Shown here: piece after piece, positions 16,173 through 24,000 of the stretch
How the letters are laid out: each line of letters begins with the position of its first letter
Numbering within the stretch: the stretch's first letter is position 1
Assembly (NCBI GenBank): GCA_020832925.1
Contig: JAJHRF010000002.1
Location: 7,425-31,424 of the forward strand
Length of the DNA: 24,000 nt
From: Desulfurococcaceae archaeon
GTDB taxonomy: Archaea > Thermoproteota > Thermoprotei_A > Sulfolobales > Ignisphaeraceae
Direction: 5' to 3'
Made by a program: the position numbers and the translations under genes
Notes under the pieces: generated by a model
Told to the model about the DNA's origin: nothing
Database searches by the model: none
The model's input: only the letters and a program-made list of their open reading frames with translations

Positions 16173-17087
16173 ATGCTCTCTAGAAAAGATAAACTATTTT
16201 TCATGTCCTTACTACCTCTATCTCTATCTCTTCTAGCTATATTAATCATATCGATAGCTGTTATAGGTATAAGATCTATAGATTCTATATCTTTCTTCGG
16301 ATCTAAACTTTATACTATGAATGTCTGGGATCCAGAGGCAGAGGTATACGGTCTTCTTGCACCTATAGCAGGTTCTATTGTAACCTCTGTTATAGCTATA
16401 CTAACTGCCTCCTTCTTCTCTATCCCTTTAACTATTACAATAGCTGAGTATCTTAAAGGTTCTACTAAAAATATTGTATCGTCTATAGTTGAGTTGATGG
16501 GTGGTTTACCTACAATAATCTATGCTGTATGGGCTTCTCAATACCTAGTACCGTTTTTGAAACAGTATGTGATGGATCCTCTGTATAGCTATCTATCGTT
16601 TATCCCTTTATTCTCGTGTAAACCTATAACAGGTTTCTCAGTACTAGCAGCTGGGATTTCTATAGGTATATCTATAACACCGTATGTTACTGCACTTATT
16701 CTCGAAGCTTATCAAAGCATCCCTTCTATATATAGAGAAGCTTGCTACGGAATTGGTGCAACTAGGTACGAATCCATCAAGATCTTACTCTCTTTAGCTA
16801 GACCCGCTATCATTGCTGCTCTTGTTCTAGGTTTCGCTCGATCTCTCGGCGAAACTACTATCGCTGTTGCCACAATAGGTAACTCTATGAATTTGAACCT
16901 ATGCTTATTCTCCCCAAGCTACACTGTTTCAGCATTAATAGCTTCTCAGTTTGCTAACGCATATCTATATCCATACGCTGAATCTGTTCTATACGCAGGT
17001 ATGCTCATCTTAGTGATAATATCTATTCTACTTAGTTTATACGGTTCAACAACTATAATTAGGTGGAGGTCGAGGGTAATTGTATAA
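16173..17087 (+). CDS. pstC: Phosphate ABC transporter permease PstC
   Basis: 304 aa polytopic protein. EAA-loop region REACYGIGATRYESIKILLSLARPAIIAALVLGFARSLGETTIAV is typical of PstC. Position is between pstS and pstA. Confidence 0.9.
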   Translation: MLSRKDKLFFMSLLPLSLSLLAILIISIAVIGIRSIDSISFFGSKLYTMNVWDPEAEVYGLLAPIAGSIVTSVIAILTASFFSIPLTITIAEYLKGSTKNIVSSIVELMGGLPTIIYAVWASQYLVPFLKQYVMDPLYSYLSFIPLFSCKPITGFSVLAAGISIGISITPYVTALILEAYQSIPSIYREACYGIGATRYESIKILLSLARPAIIAALVLGFARSLGETTIAVATIGNSMNLNLCLFSPSYTVSALIASQFANAYLYPYAESVLYAGMLILVIISILLSLYGSTTIIRWRSRVIV

Positions 17088-17925
17088 CTGGAGAAAATTA
17101 ATAGATAAACTCTTTACCTACATGGTTATCGCGGTATCTATTGTAGCTATATCCCCGGTTATACACTTGATAATAACTGTTCTTCTTAACGGTACCATGG
17201 TCATCGTTAAGACAGGTATAAACTTTTTCATAAGTTTACCTCCAACACCATTCTCAAAAGATTTTGGTGGTATAGCGCCTGCTATAGTAGGGTCTCTGCT
17301 TATGACATTTATATCGCTACCCATAACCATTGTCCTAGGGTTGTTTGCAGCAATTCTAACAACTGAGTTTCCTAAGAACACTATCTCGATAGTTATCGAT
17401 ACTATTGCGAAGTCGCTTGCTAGTATACCTACAATAGCTGTATCTATGATTGTTTACACTATTATTGTTGTACCTATGAGGAGTTTCTCTGCTTTAGCAG
17501 GTTCTATAGCTTTAACAATAGTTTCGCTTCCCTATGCCTATACGTATTTTTCAACTACTTTACGTTCTGTCCCATTTATCTATAGAGAAGCTGCTTTCTC
17601 TATAGCTATGAGTAGATGGAGCACTGTATTGAAGATACTGATACCTGTAGTTAGAAGAGGTATAGTTACAGCTATTCTTATGACTTTAGTTAGAATACTA
17701 GGTGAAACAGCAGCACTTCTATTTACAGCTGGTAGATTTAGAAACGGTGTAACGATATCCCCTCTAGCTCCAGCAGATGCCATCCCACTCCTAATCTTCG
17801 ACTTTGTATTATCACCGTACGAAATTTGGAGACAAGTTGCATGGGGTGCTTCAGCACTTCTTCTTCTATCATACATGGTTATATTCTTCACTGTTAAGTT
17901 CTTAGTCAAAGAGGTGAAACTATGA
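17080..17925 (+). CDS. pstA: Phosphate ABC transporter permease PstA
   Basis: 281 aa. TTG start preceded by AGGTGGAGG at 17061-17069, overlapping the pstC stop by 8 nt. REAAFSIAMSRWSTVLKILIPVVRRGIVTAILMTLVRILGETAALLFTAG matches the PstA EAA/GETAPLLFTA region. Confidence 0.9.
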   Translation: MYNWRKLIDKLFTYMVIAVSIVAISPVIHLIITVLLNGTMVIVKTGINFFISLPPTPFSKDFGGIAPAIVGSLLMTFISLPITIVLGLFAAILTTEFPKNTISIVIDTIAKSLASIPTIAVSMIVYTIIVVPMRSFSALAGSIALTIVSLPYAYTYFSTTLRSVPFIYREAAFSIAMSRWSTVLKILIPVVRRGIVTAILMTLVRILGETAALLFTAGRFRNGVTISPLAPADAIPLLIFDFVLSPYEIWRQVAWGASALLLLSYMVIFFTVKFLVKEVKL

Positions 17926-18677
17926 ATTTGTTAGCAGTTGAGATGAAAAACGTTAATGTATACATCGGTAATAGGCATATACTAAAAGATGTAACACTTA
18001 AAATCCCTAGTAACACAGTCTTCGTGATCATGGGTCCATCTGGATCAGGTAAAACAACATTGTTAAGAGTTATCAATAGGCTTATAGATTTAATTGAAGA
18101 TGCGAGAGTAGAAGGTTATGTTAAGGTCTTGGGGTTCGATATCATGAAGAGCGATCCTTATGAGCTTAGGAAGTATATCGGTATGGTTTTCCAGATCCCT
18201 AACCCATTCCCCCATCTCACGATATACGAAAACATAGCTATAGCTGCAAAAATTAACGGTGTTGCTAAGGATAAGAAAGAACTTGATAATATTGTTAGAT
18301 GGGCTTTAGAGAAGGCTATGCTTTGGGATGAAGTTAGAAATAGACTTCACGATTATCCTCATCAGCTTAGCGGTGGGCAGAGACAAAGACTTTGTCTAGC
18401 AAGAGCTCTCGCTATGAAGCCTAAACTCCTACTGTTAGATGAACCTACAGCTAATATAGATCCTGTTAATGCGAGAAAACTTGAAGAAGCTATTGTTTCA
18501 TTAAAAGATGAAGTTACAGTTATAATGGTTACACACTCACCGTATCAAGCAGCTAGAGTTGCAGATTATGTTGCTGTACTCTACGATGGAAAAGTTGTTG
18601 AGCAGGGACCTGCACAGCAACTATTTTTACGCCCATCTACAGAGATTACTCAGAAGCTATTGAGAGGCGAGATGTAG
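17922..18677 (+). CDS. pstB: Phosphate import ATP-binding protein PstB
   Basis: 251 aa. GPSGSGKTT, the PstB-typical GMVFQIPNPFP, LSGGQRQRLCLARAL, LLLDEPTANIDP and MVTHS. ATGA overlap with pstA. Confidence 0.95.
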   Translation: MNLLAVEMKNVNVYIGNRHILKDVTLKIPSNTVFVIMGPSGSGKTTLLRVINRLIDLIEDARVEGYVKVLGFDIMKSDPYELRKYIGMVFQIPNPFPHLTIYENIAIAAKINGVAKDKKELDNIVRWALEKAMLWDEVRNRLHDYPHQLSGGQRQRLCLARALAMKPKLLLLDEPTANIDPVNARKLEEAIVSLKDEVTVIMVTHSPYQAARVADYVAVLYDGKVVEQGPAQQLFLRPSTEITQKLLRGEM

Positions 18678-19301
18678 TTGTCTTTAACAGTAACAGAACT
18701 TGAAAAACTTAAATCGATATTGATACACATGGCTAAAAACATAAAGTACATCCTCTACACCACTAAGAAGCTTATGGAGGTAAACGATGATAGTGAAAGA
18801 GAGAAAACATGGCAAGAGATAGAAAATATCTCTGCAAACCTAGAGGTGCTTAGAAGAGAATTCGTAAACGAGGTACTCGTATTCATAGCTAGAAGACAGC
18901 CTCTAGGAAGAGAACTTCTCATAGCCAATGCATTGATAAGCATAGCTTACGATATGTATAGAATATCTAGGTATTGTAGAGAGATCGCGAGAATAGACTC
19001 TATATTACCACAAACATCAAAATTAAACACAATAAAAGATCTACAAAAAATATTTATAGAAGCTATAAAAGCAGTAGAAGCATCTCTTGAAGACCTCATA
19101 GATTTTATACCAAAAAGATTAAACATAGTAAAAGAAGTCGATAACAATATAGATGAAATATATAGAGAAGTACTACGAGAAATTACTACTAATCCTATTA
19201 TACCAAGAGAAAAAGCTGTTAAAGCATTGATAATGAGGCACATAGAGAGAATAGTAGATCACGCACAATACATAGAGCAATACCTTTCAACAATACCATA
19301 A
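18678..19301 (+). CDS. phoU: Phosphate transport system regulator PhoU
   Basis: 207 aa. TTG start immediately after the pstB stop. Two PhoU repeats (ARRQPLGRELLIANALISIAYDMYRISRYCREIAR and ALIMRHIERIVDHAQYI). Last gene of the operon. Confidence 0.85.
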   Translation: MSLTVTELEKLKSILIHMAKNIKYILYTTKKLMEVNDDSEREKTWQEIENISANLEVLRREFVNEVLVFIARRQPLGRELLIANALISIAYDMYRISRYCREIARIDSILPQTSKLNTIKDLQKIFIEAIKAVEASLEDLIDFIPKRLNIVKEVDNNIDEIYREVLREITTNPIIPREKAVKALIMRHIERIVDHAQYIEQYLSTIP

Positions 19302-19576
19302 AATACCATAAAGTAGTTAATTAAATAACGTGAAATTTCTAATGAAGTAGAACCTCTTTTAACGATAATCCCTAGCGTAGTAGCTCAATTCATGTATAAA
19401 ATCTTGATAAGTAGATACTATGCTTAACTGGAAGAACTATGAATTGAGAATCAAATTAACAACAAGGTTTTGTAAATAAGCTTGTTGTATTGAAACACTA
19501 GAGTAATGAGGTATGTTTAGTTAGGTATAGAGATGAGAAATTTATTGAAATATTTTAAAGAATGTTATATGCTGTA

Positions 19577-20563
19577 TTATTTTTCTTTATAATCTAGATA
19601 TTTCCAACATCTAACGTATGTACCGTTTACTTCTATGAATGGTGGTAGTTTGTACCAACATATATCTTTAGCATATGGGCATCTGTTTGCATATCTACAT
19701 CCTGGTAATAGGAATTCTTTTATCTCTATAGCTGATGGTCTTATTACTGAGTATTTCTCTCTTAGTGTAGGATCTGGTTCAAGTATCGATTCTAGTAAAG
19801 CATTTGTATATGGGTGTTTAGGTTCTTGATAAACTTTTGTTATAGGTCCGTACTCAACTAATGTTCCTCTATATAGGATAGATATGTAGTCTCCTATGTA
19901 GTAAGCTGTTGCTAAATCATGTGTAACATAGATAACAACCATATTTAGTTTCTCTTTAAGATCTTTTAACAAGTTTAAGATACTTGCTCTTAATGTTGCA
20001 TCAAGCATAGAAACAGGTTCGTCTGCAAGAAGTATTTTAGGATGTGTTAGGAGAGCTCTTGCAATAGATATCCTCTGCAATTCTCCACCTGAGAATTCGT
20101 GTGGATATTTACCTGCAACTCTATCTAAGCTTAATCCAACGAATTTCAAAGCTTCATCAATTCTTCTCTCAACTTCGTCTCTACTCTTAATCTCTAAGAT
20201 ATTGTATACAGTATCGTAGAAGTATGAGTCTATTCTTCTCAAGGGGTTGAATGTTTCGTAAGGATCTTGGAATAGAGGTTGAACTTCTCTCCTATACCAT
20301 TTAACTGCAGAACCTCTTAACTTATGGATATTATAACCTTTGTAGAGAACTTTCCCGTACTCTGGTTTCACAACACCCATTATAATTCTTAACAAAGTTG
20401 TTTTACCGCTACCAGTTTCACCAGCTATAACAACTATCTTCGGTTCTCCAAGATCTATATCCATAGATACACTATCTAAGGCTTTGAATTTCTTCAACCC
20501 TAATAATCCATAGCCATACATCTTCGTTACATTATCTATAACAAGCTTGTTATTCATAGCCAT
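19577..20563 (-). CDS. Opp/Dpp-family ABC ATPase (OppF/DppF-like)
   Basis: 328 aa. GETGSGKTT, FSGGELQRISIARAL, LLADEPVSMLD, plus the family-specific C-terminal Cys-rich extension PGCRYANRCPYAKDIC. Confidence 0.9.
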   Translation of the reverse strand: MAMNNKLVIDNVTKMYGYGLLGLKKFKALDSVSMDIDLGEPKIVVIAGETGSGKTTLLRIIMGVVKPEYGKVLYKGYNIHKLRGSAVKWYRREVQPLFQDPYETFNPLRRIDSYFYDTVYNILEIKSRDEVERRIDEALKFVGLSLDRVAGKYPHEFSGGELQRISIARALLTHPKILLADEPVSMLDATLRASILNLLKDLKEKLNMVVIYVTHDLATAYYIGDYISILYRGTLVEYGPITKVYQEPKHPYTNALLESILEPDPTLREKYSVIRPSAIEIKEFLLPGCRYANRCPYAKDICWYKLPPFIEVNGTYVRCWKYLDYKEK

Positions 20564-20566
20564 ACA

Positions 20567-21580
20567 TCACCCTCTACCTGTGTATAACCAGCACTTTACA
20601 TACCTATCTCTACCTAGAGTAGTAGCCGGAGGCACTTCTCTTCTACAAATATCCATTGCGTAGGGGCATCTGGGGTGAAATCTACAGCCAGGTGGTGGAT
20701 TGGTTAAATCTGGTGGTAAACCTGGTAAACCTTTTCTAAGCGTTTTATCTCCTTTCCTAATAAGAGACTCTATCAATGCTCTTGTATACGGATGTAGAGG
20801 TTCTTTAAATAATTCGAAGATTTCACCTATTTCAACAATATTACCTGCATACATAATAGCGACTCTATTATCCATATAAGCGTGGACAGACATATCGTGG
20901 GATATCAATATCAACGAACTCTTATTTTTCTCACGCCACTCTTTAATCAATGACAGAATTATTCTCTGCGTAACTACATCAACAGCTGTTGTAGGTTCGT
21001 CAGCTATAACTATCCTAGGATTGAATAGAAGACTTAAAGCTATGACAACTCTCTGCCTCATACCTCCCGATAGTTGATGAGGATAAGCATTTATAACTTC
21101 TAGAGGAAGGCTTAAGGATATCAATGTATCTTTGATATACTTCATTACCTCTTCTTTATCTATATTCATATCGTGGTATTTGAATACATTTATGAATTGA
21201 TCTTTTATCCTTTTTAAGGGGTTCAATATGTTCATAGAATTCTGCGGTATATATGATATCTCTGTCCACCAGATCTTCTTCCTCATCTCCTCAATACTAA
21301 GCTTATTCAACTCTACGAAATTACCCTTTCTTGTTTGAAGTTTTATACTACCACTTCTAACCACAAGTGGAGGAATTATCGCTCCATAGATCATCTTAGC
21401 TAGCGTAGATTTACCGCAACCAGATTCACCAGCTATACCTAGTACTTCATTACTTCGAAGTATTAATGAAACATTATCGACAGCGTGGACAAAAACTCTT
21501 CTCTTACCCCCTACGTAGACTTCGTAACCTCCGTCTAAGTTATTCACAATTATTATCTCGCTCACTATCTTCACCCCCAT
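20567..21580 (-). CDS. Opp/Dpp-family ABC ATPase (OppD/DppD-like)
   Basis: 337 aa. GESGCGKST, LSGGMRQRVVIALSL, VIADEPTTAVD and the C-terminal PGCRFHPRCPYAMDIC motif. Confidence 0.9.
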   Translation of the reverse strand: MGVKIVSEIIIVNNLDGGYEVYVGGKRRVFVHAVDNVSLILRSNEVLGIAGESGCGKSTLAKMIYGAIIPPLVVRSGSIKLQTRKGNFVELNKLSIEEMRKKIWWTEISYIPQNSMNILNPLKRIKDQFINVFKYHDMNIDKEEVMKYIKDTLISLSLPLEVINAYPHQLSGGMRQRVVIALSLLFNPRIVIADEPTTAVDVVTQRIILSLIKEWREKNKSSLILISHDMSVHAYMDNRVAIMYAGNIVEIGEIFELFKEPLHPYTRALIESLIRKGDKTLRKGLPGLPPDLTNPPPGCRFHPRCPYAMDICRREVPPATTLGRDRYVKCWLYTGRG

Positions 21581-22440
21581 GTAACTCTAGCTCTTGCAAA
21601 TATATACTTGTCTATCTCTATCATGAGTATGTATAGCGATAACACGAAGATCACTAGAAATATTATCGGCATTGCTAACCACCACCATATACCTAGAAGT
21701 AGTGCTTGGTAGTACATTGCCCAGTGTATCGTTGTTCCTATAGTTACCTCCTCCATCTTCATAGCACCAAATATAGATGCTGTTACCTCGTTCCCCATAG
21801 CCCACATCATTGTACCAACAATGTTTATAATTAAGTATCTGAGGAGATACGGTATAAAATCCTTTAAAACAATCTTATACATCGCCAACCCGGTAAAATA
21901 GGATGTTAGAACAAATGTTCGATGTCTTAAGCTATACAGTATTGAGTAAACAGCTCTTGCTGTAAATCCCCAGCCTAGCAAACCCATTATAACTCCTATC
22001 AAAGGTATCGTTAAGTAGTCTCTCCATGTAAAGAAGATCACCATAAGTATAGGTAGACCTGGTAGTACACATATTATATCAGTTAAAGTAAGTAGAGCTG
22101 TTCTCATAGCTTGAGATTGTGATAAAGCTGCTACCGAGCCTATACCCCACGCTATAAGAACAGATATTACTGCAGCTACAAAGCTTATCGTAATAGTGTT
22201 TCTAAGAGCTATAGGTACTAATAGGAATACATCTTGACCTGTAGATGTTGTACCGAAAGGATGTTTTAGACTTGGTGGTTGAGCTATAGGAGCGTAGTAC
22301 CATCTTCCAGGGTTTATAGTAAGTGTTAGCGGATATACAAATGCATAGATAATCATGCCTACGAATATGACTAGCGGTATAATAAATGAAGGTTTTAAAA
22401 CTAGTTCTTTGAATCTGTATACGTAAGCCATGGTGCTCAT
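21571..22440 (-). CDS. Opp/Dpp-family ABC permease (OppC/DppC-like)
   Basis: 289 aa with 6 TM helices. N-terminal HPFGTTSTGQDVF motif typical of OppC/DppC. Overlaps neighbouring genes by 10 and 4 nt. Confidence 0.9.
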   Translation of the reverse strand: MSTMAYVYRFKELVLKPSFIIPLVIFVGMIIYAFVYPLTLTINPGRWYYAPIAQPPSLKHPFGTTSTGQDVFLLVPIALRNTITISFVAAVISVLIAWGIGSVAALSQSQAMRTALLTLTDIICVLPGLPILMVIFFTWRDYLTIPLIGVIMGLLGWGFTARAVYSILYSLRHRTFVLTSYFTGLAMYKIVLKDFIPYLLRYLIINIVGTMMWAMGNEVTASIFGAMKMEEVTIGTTIHWAMYYQALLLGIWWWLAMPIIFLVIFVLSLYILMIEIDKYIFARARVTWG

Positions 22441-23444
22441 CCTTGACCTGGGTACCTAATTCTCGGATCTATTAATGGGTAGACTAGATCTAGAATTAGA
22501 GCTGCTACAGCTGTAGCAACTGTTGCAAAGAATAGTATTCCTAGCATAAGGTTGTAGTCTGCATTAGCTATAGCGCTCTGCAATATATACCCTATACCTG
22601 GGTAATTGAATATGTATTCCACAAGTAGAGATCCTACGAAAACTCTTGAAATTCCTAGTACAAGTGTTGTAAACTGAGGTAGTATAGAATTCCTGAAGAT
22701 CATAAATCTAATAGATCTTGTTGAAGCACCTTGTAGAAATGCGTACACAATAAAGTCTTCCTCACGCATCTTAAGAGCTATAGCCTTCATACCAACGAAT
22801 CCTCCAAACCATCCGAAAAGTACTAGAACTAGTAGTGGGAATGAAGCTCTTCTCAACATATAGATAAACATTTCGAAAGGTGATGTAATACTAACAAAAG
22901 CTGCTCCTGGTATAGGTAGTTTAAGTACTAGTAAGTAGAATATTAAGAATGATAACGCAAGTACAGCGAAAGGTATAGGCTGAAAAGCTATAGCAATGTT
23001 CTCTAAAACACTTGAAATCTTTCTATGTTTAGTTAAAGCAGCTACAACACCTAGACCATTACCTACCAACCAACTTATAACCGAGGCTAACAACAACAAC
23101 GTTATAGACCATGGAAGAGCTTTACCGATAATATCCTTTACATTCGATGGGAAAAACGCGAAAGAAGGTCCCATCTCGCCTGTTATCATATAATTCCTCA
23201 AAAATATCGCATACTGAACAATAATAGGTTTATCAAGTCCATAAAGCTCTAGAATCTGCTTCTTCATATTTTCAATCTCTTCACCTGTAAGAGAATGTCC
23301 TTGGGCAAGCATTCTCGATATAAATAGCTCAGCTGCATTAAAAGGCATTAACCTAGATAAAATAAAAGTTATTGTTATTCCAACCCATACAACTAGTAAT
23401 GCTAATGCCACCCTCTGCAAAACATATTTTATAAGTGGATGCAT
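22437..23444 (-). CDS. Opp/Dpp-family ABC permease (OppB/DppB-like)
   Basis: 335 aa. N-terminus IKYVLQRVALALLVVWVGITITFIL and EAA region EDFIVYAFLQGASTRSIRFMIFRNSILP are typical of OppB/DppB. Confidence 0.9.
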   Translation of the reverse strand: MHPLIKYVLQRVALALLVVWVGITITFILSRLMPFNAAELFISRMLAQGHSLTGEEIENMKKQILELYGLDKPIIVQYAIFLRNYMITGEMGPSFAFFPSNVKDIIGKALPWSITLLLLASVISWLVGNGLGVVAALTKHRKISSVLENIAIAFQPIPFAVLALSFLIFYLLVLKLPIPGAAFVSITSPFEMFIYMLRRASFPLLVLVLFGWFGGFVGMKAIALKMREEDFIVYAFLQGASTRSIRFMIFRNSILPQFTTLVLGISRVFVGSLLVEYIFNYPGIGYILQSAIANADYNLMLGILFFATVATAVAALILDLVYPLIDPRIRYPGQG

Positions 23445-23584
23445 AAACCCTCACCAATTTTTGAAGACATCTAAGTTGTAACTCGTTACCCAGATTAAAA
23501 ACTTTTATCTTCATTATAGGGATTGAAATAAAAATAATTATGATTATGAAATTTATTTAATTAAATAAAGTCAATAAGATACAT

Positions 23585-23597
23585 AAAAAATAAAAAA
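23585..23597 (-). terminator. Candidate oligo-T archaeal termination/attenuation signal between the binding-protein gene and the permease genes
   Basis: On the minus strand this reads TTTTTTATTTTTT, about 23 nt downstream of the binding-protein stop (23620-23622), inside a 175-bp AT-rich spacer. This is common for differential expression of a binding protein relative to its permeases. Weak evidence in an AT-rich genome. Confidence 0.3.
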
Positions 23598-23619
23598 TTG
23601 TATTGTTTTGTCGATTATT

Positions 23620-24000
23620 TTATTTTCTTTTTATGAATATTCCTATTGCTAGTCCTACTACAAATAGTACTATTGCTAATACTGTTGTTGTTGTCCATTC
23701 TGTTTCTCTAATTGTTGTTGATACTGTTGATATTATTGTTGATAATACTGTTGATGGTATAGCAATAGTTGATATAACAGTTTTCTCAATACTTTGAGTA
23801 ACAACAACAGTAATTGTTGCTACACCAGTAACAGGAGTAGTAGGTGTTGGTGTTGGTGTAGGAGTTGGAGTAGGTTTAGGTGTTGTAGGTGTTGGTGTTG
23901 GAGATGGTCTAGGAGTTGTCGGAGTAGGTGTAGGTGTCGGGGTAGGTGTAGGGGTAGCCATTGCTTTTGCTAATTTCTTTAAAGCTTCTTCTGGTATTGT
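23620..24000 (-). CDS. C-terminal part of an Opp/Dpp-type (cluster C) substrate-binding protein with Pro/Thr linker and C-terminal TM anchor (5' end lies outside the window)
   Basis: The frame stays open upstream of the track's Met to base 24000 (...TIPEEALKKLAKAMATPTPT...). A 41-aa PT-rich linker follows, then a Thr/Ser/Ile-rich stretch, the TM helix VLAIVLFVVGLAIGIFI and a KRK stop-transfer. Position as first gene of the opp-like operon supports the call. The catalytic/binding domain itself is not visible. Confidence 0.65.
   Translation of the reverse strand, partial: TIPEEALKKLAKAMATPTPTPTPTPTPTTPRPSPTPTPTTPKPTPTPTPTPTPTTPVTGVATITVVVTQSIEKTVISTIAIPSTVLSTIISTVSTTIRETEWTTTTVLAIVLFVVGLAIGIFIKRK
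23833..23955 (-). repeat. Low-complexity (ACN-CCN)n coding repeat encoding the Pro-Thr linker
   Basis: GGTGTTGGTGTAGGAGTTGG... on the plus strand encodes TPTPTPTPTPTPTTPRPSPTPTPTTPKPTPTPTPTPTPTTP on the minus strand. Confidence 0.8.

Noticed and set aside
23833-23955. Short-period tandem repeats (GGTGTTGGTGTAGG...) that could be mistaken for a CRISPR-like or satellite array.
   Set aside because: The period is 6 nt with no spacers. The tract lies in-frame in a long ORF and encodes a Pro-Thr linker. It is a coding low-complexity repeat.

Overview
AT-rich, densely packed prokaryotic window. It looks archaeal, probably a hyperthermophilic crenarchaeon of the Desulfurococcales/Staphylothermus type. 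That guess rests on Thr/Pro-rich anchored solute-binding proteins, an AbrB-PhoU fusion regulator, an AdoMetDC/ArgDC-family pyruvoyl enzyme, frequent TTG/GTG starts and heavy AGA/AGG/ATA codon use. Content is mostly housekeeping and transport.

Gene order:
- 3' end of an EamA/DMT transporter
- SplB-like radical SAM protein
- cytoplasmic molybdopterin (MopB) oxidoreductase
- AdoMetDC-family decarboxylase
- BirA
- nitroreductase
- three-gene ECF-type transporter (S component, fused double ATPase, T component)
- divergent AbrB-PhoU regulator
- four-gene minus-strand operon (class III binding protein, FecCD permease, ATPase, small radical SAM enzyme)
- complete pstSCAB-phoU operon
- Opp/Dpp-type ABC operon, with its binding-protein gene running off the window edge

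I found no CRISPR array, tRNA or rRNA gene, integrase or recognisable defence system.

The least ordinary part is non-coding. A ~75-nt element carries an 8-bp hairpin with compensatory substitutions between its two copies (3644-3717 and 10076-10150). The second copy leads into a 40-codon zinc-ribbon ORF and what looks like a frameshifted, truncated TnpB/OrfB N-terminus, inside an 848-bp gene-free island. My best reading is a decayed IS200/IS605-like element plus a solo end or small-RNA copy, but this cannot be proven from one window.

Secondary points: a radical SAM gene coupled to a siderophore/heme/B12-type importer, a 512-bp divergent control region with exact repeats, and an asymmetric fused ECF ATPase.
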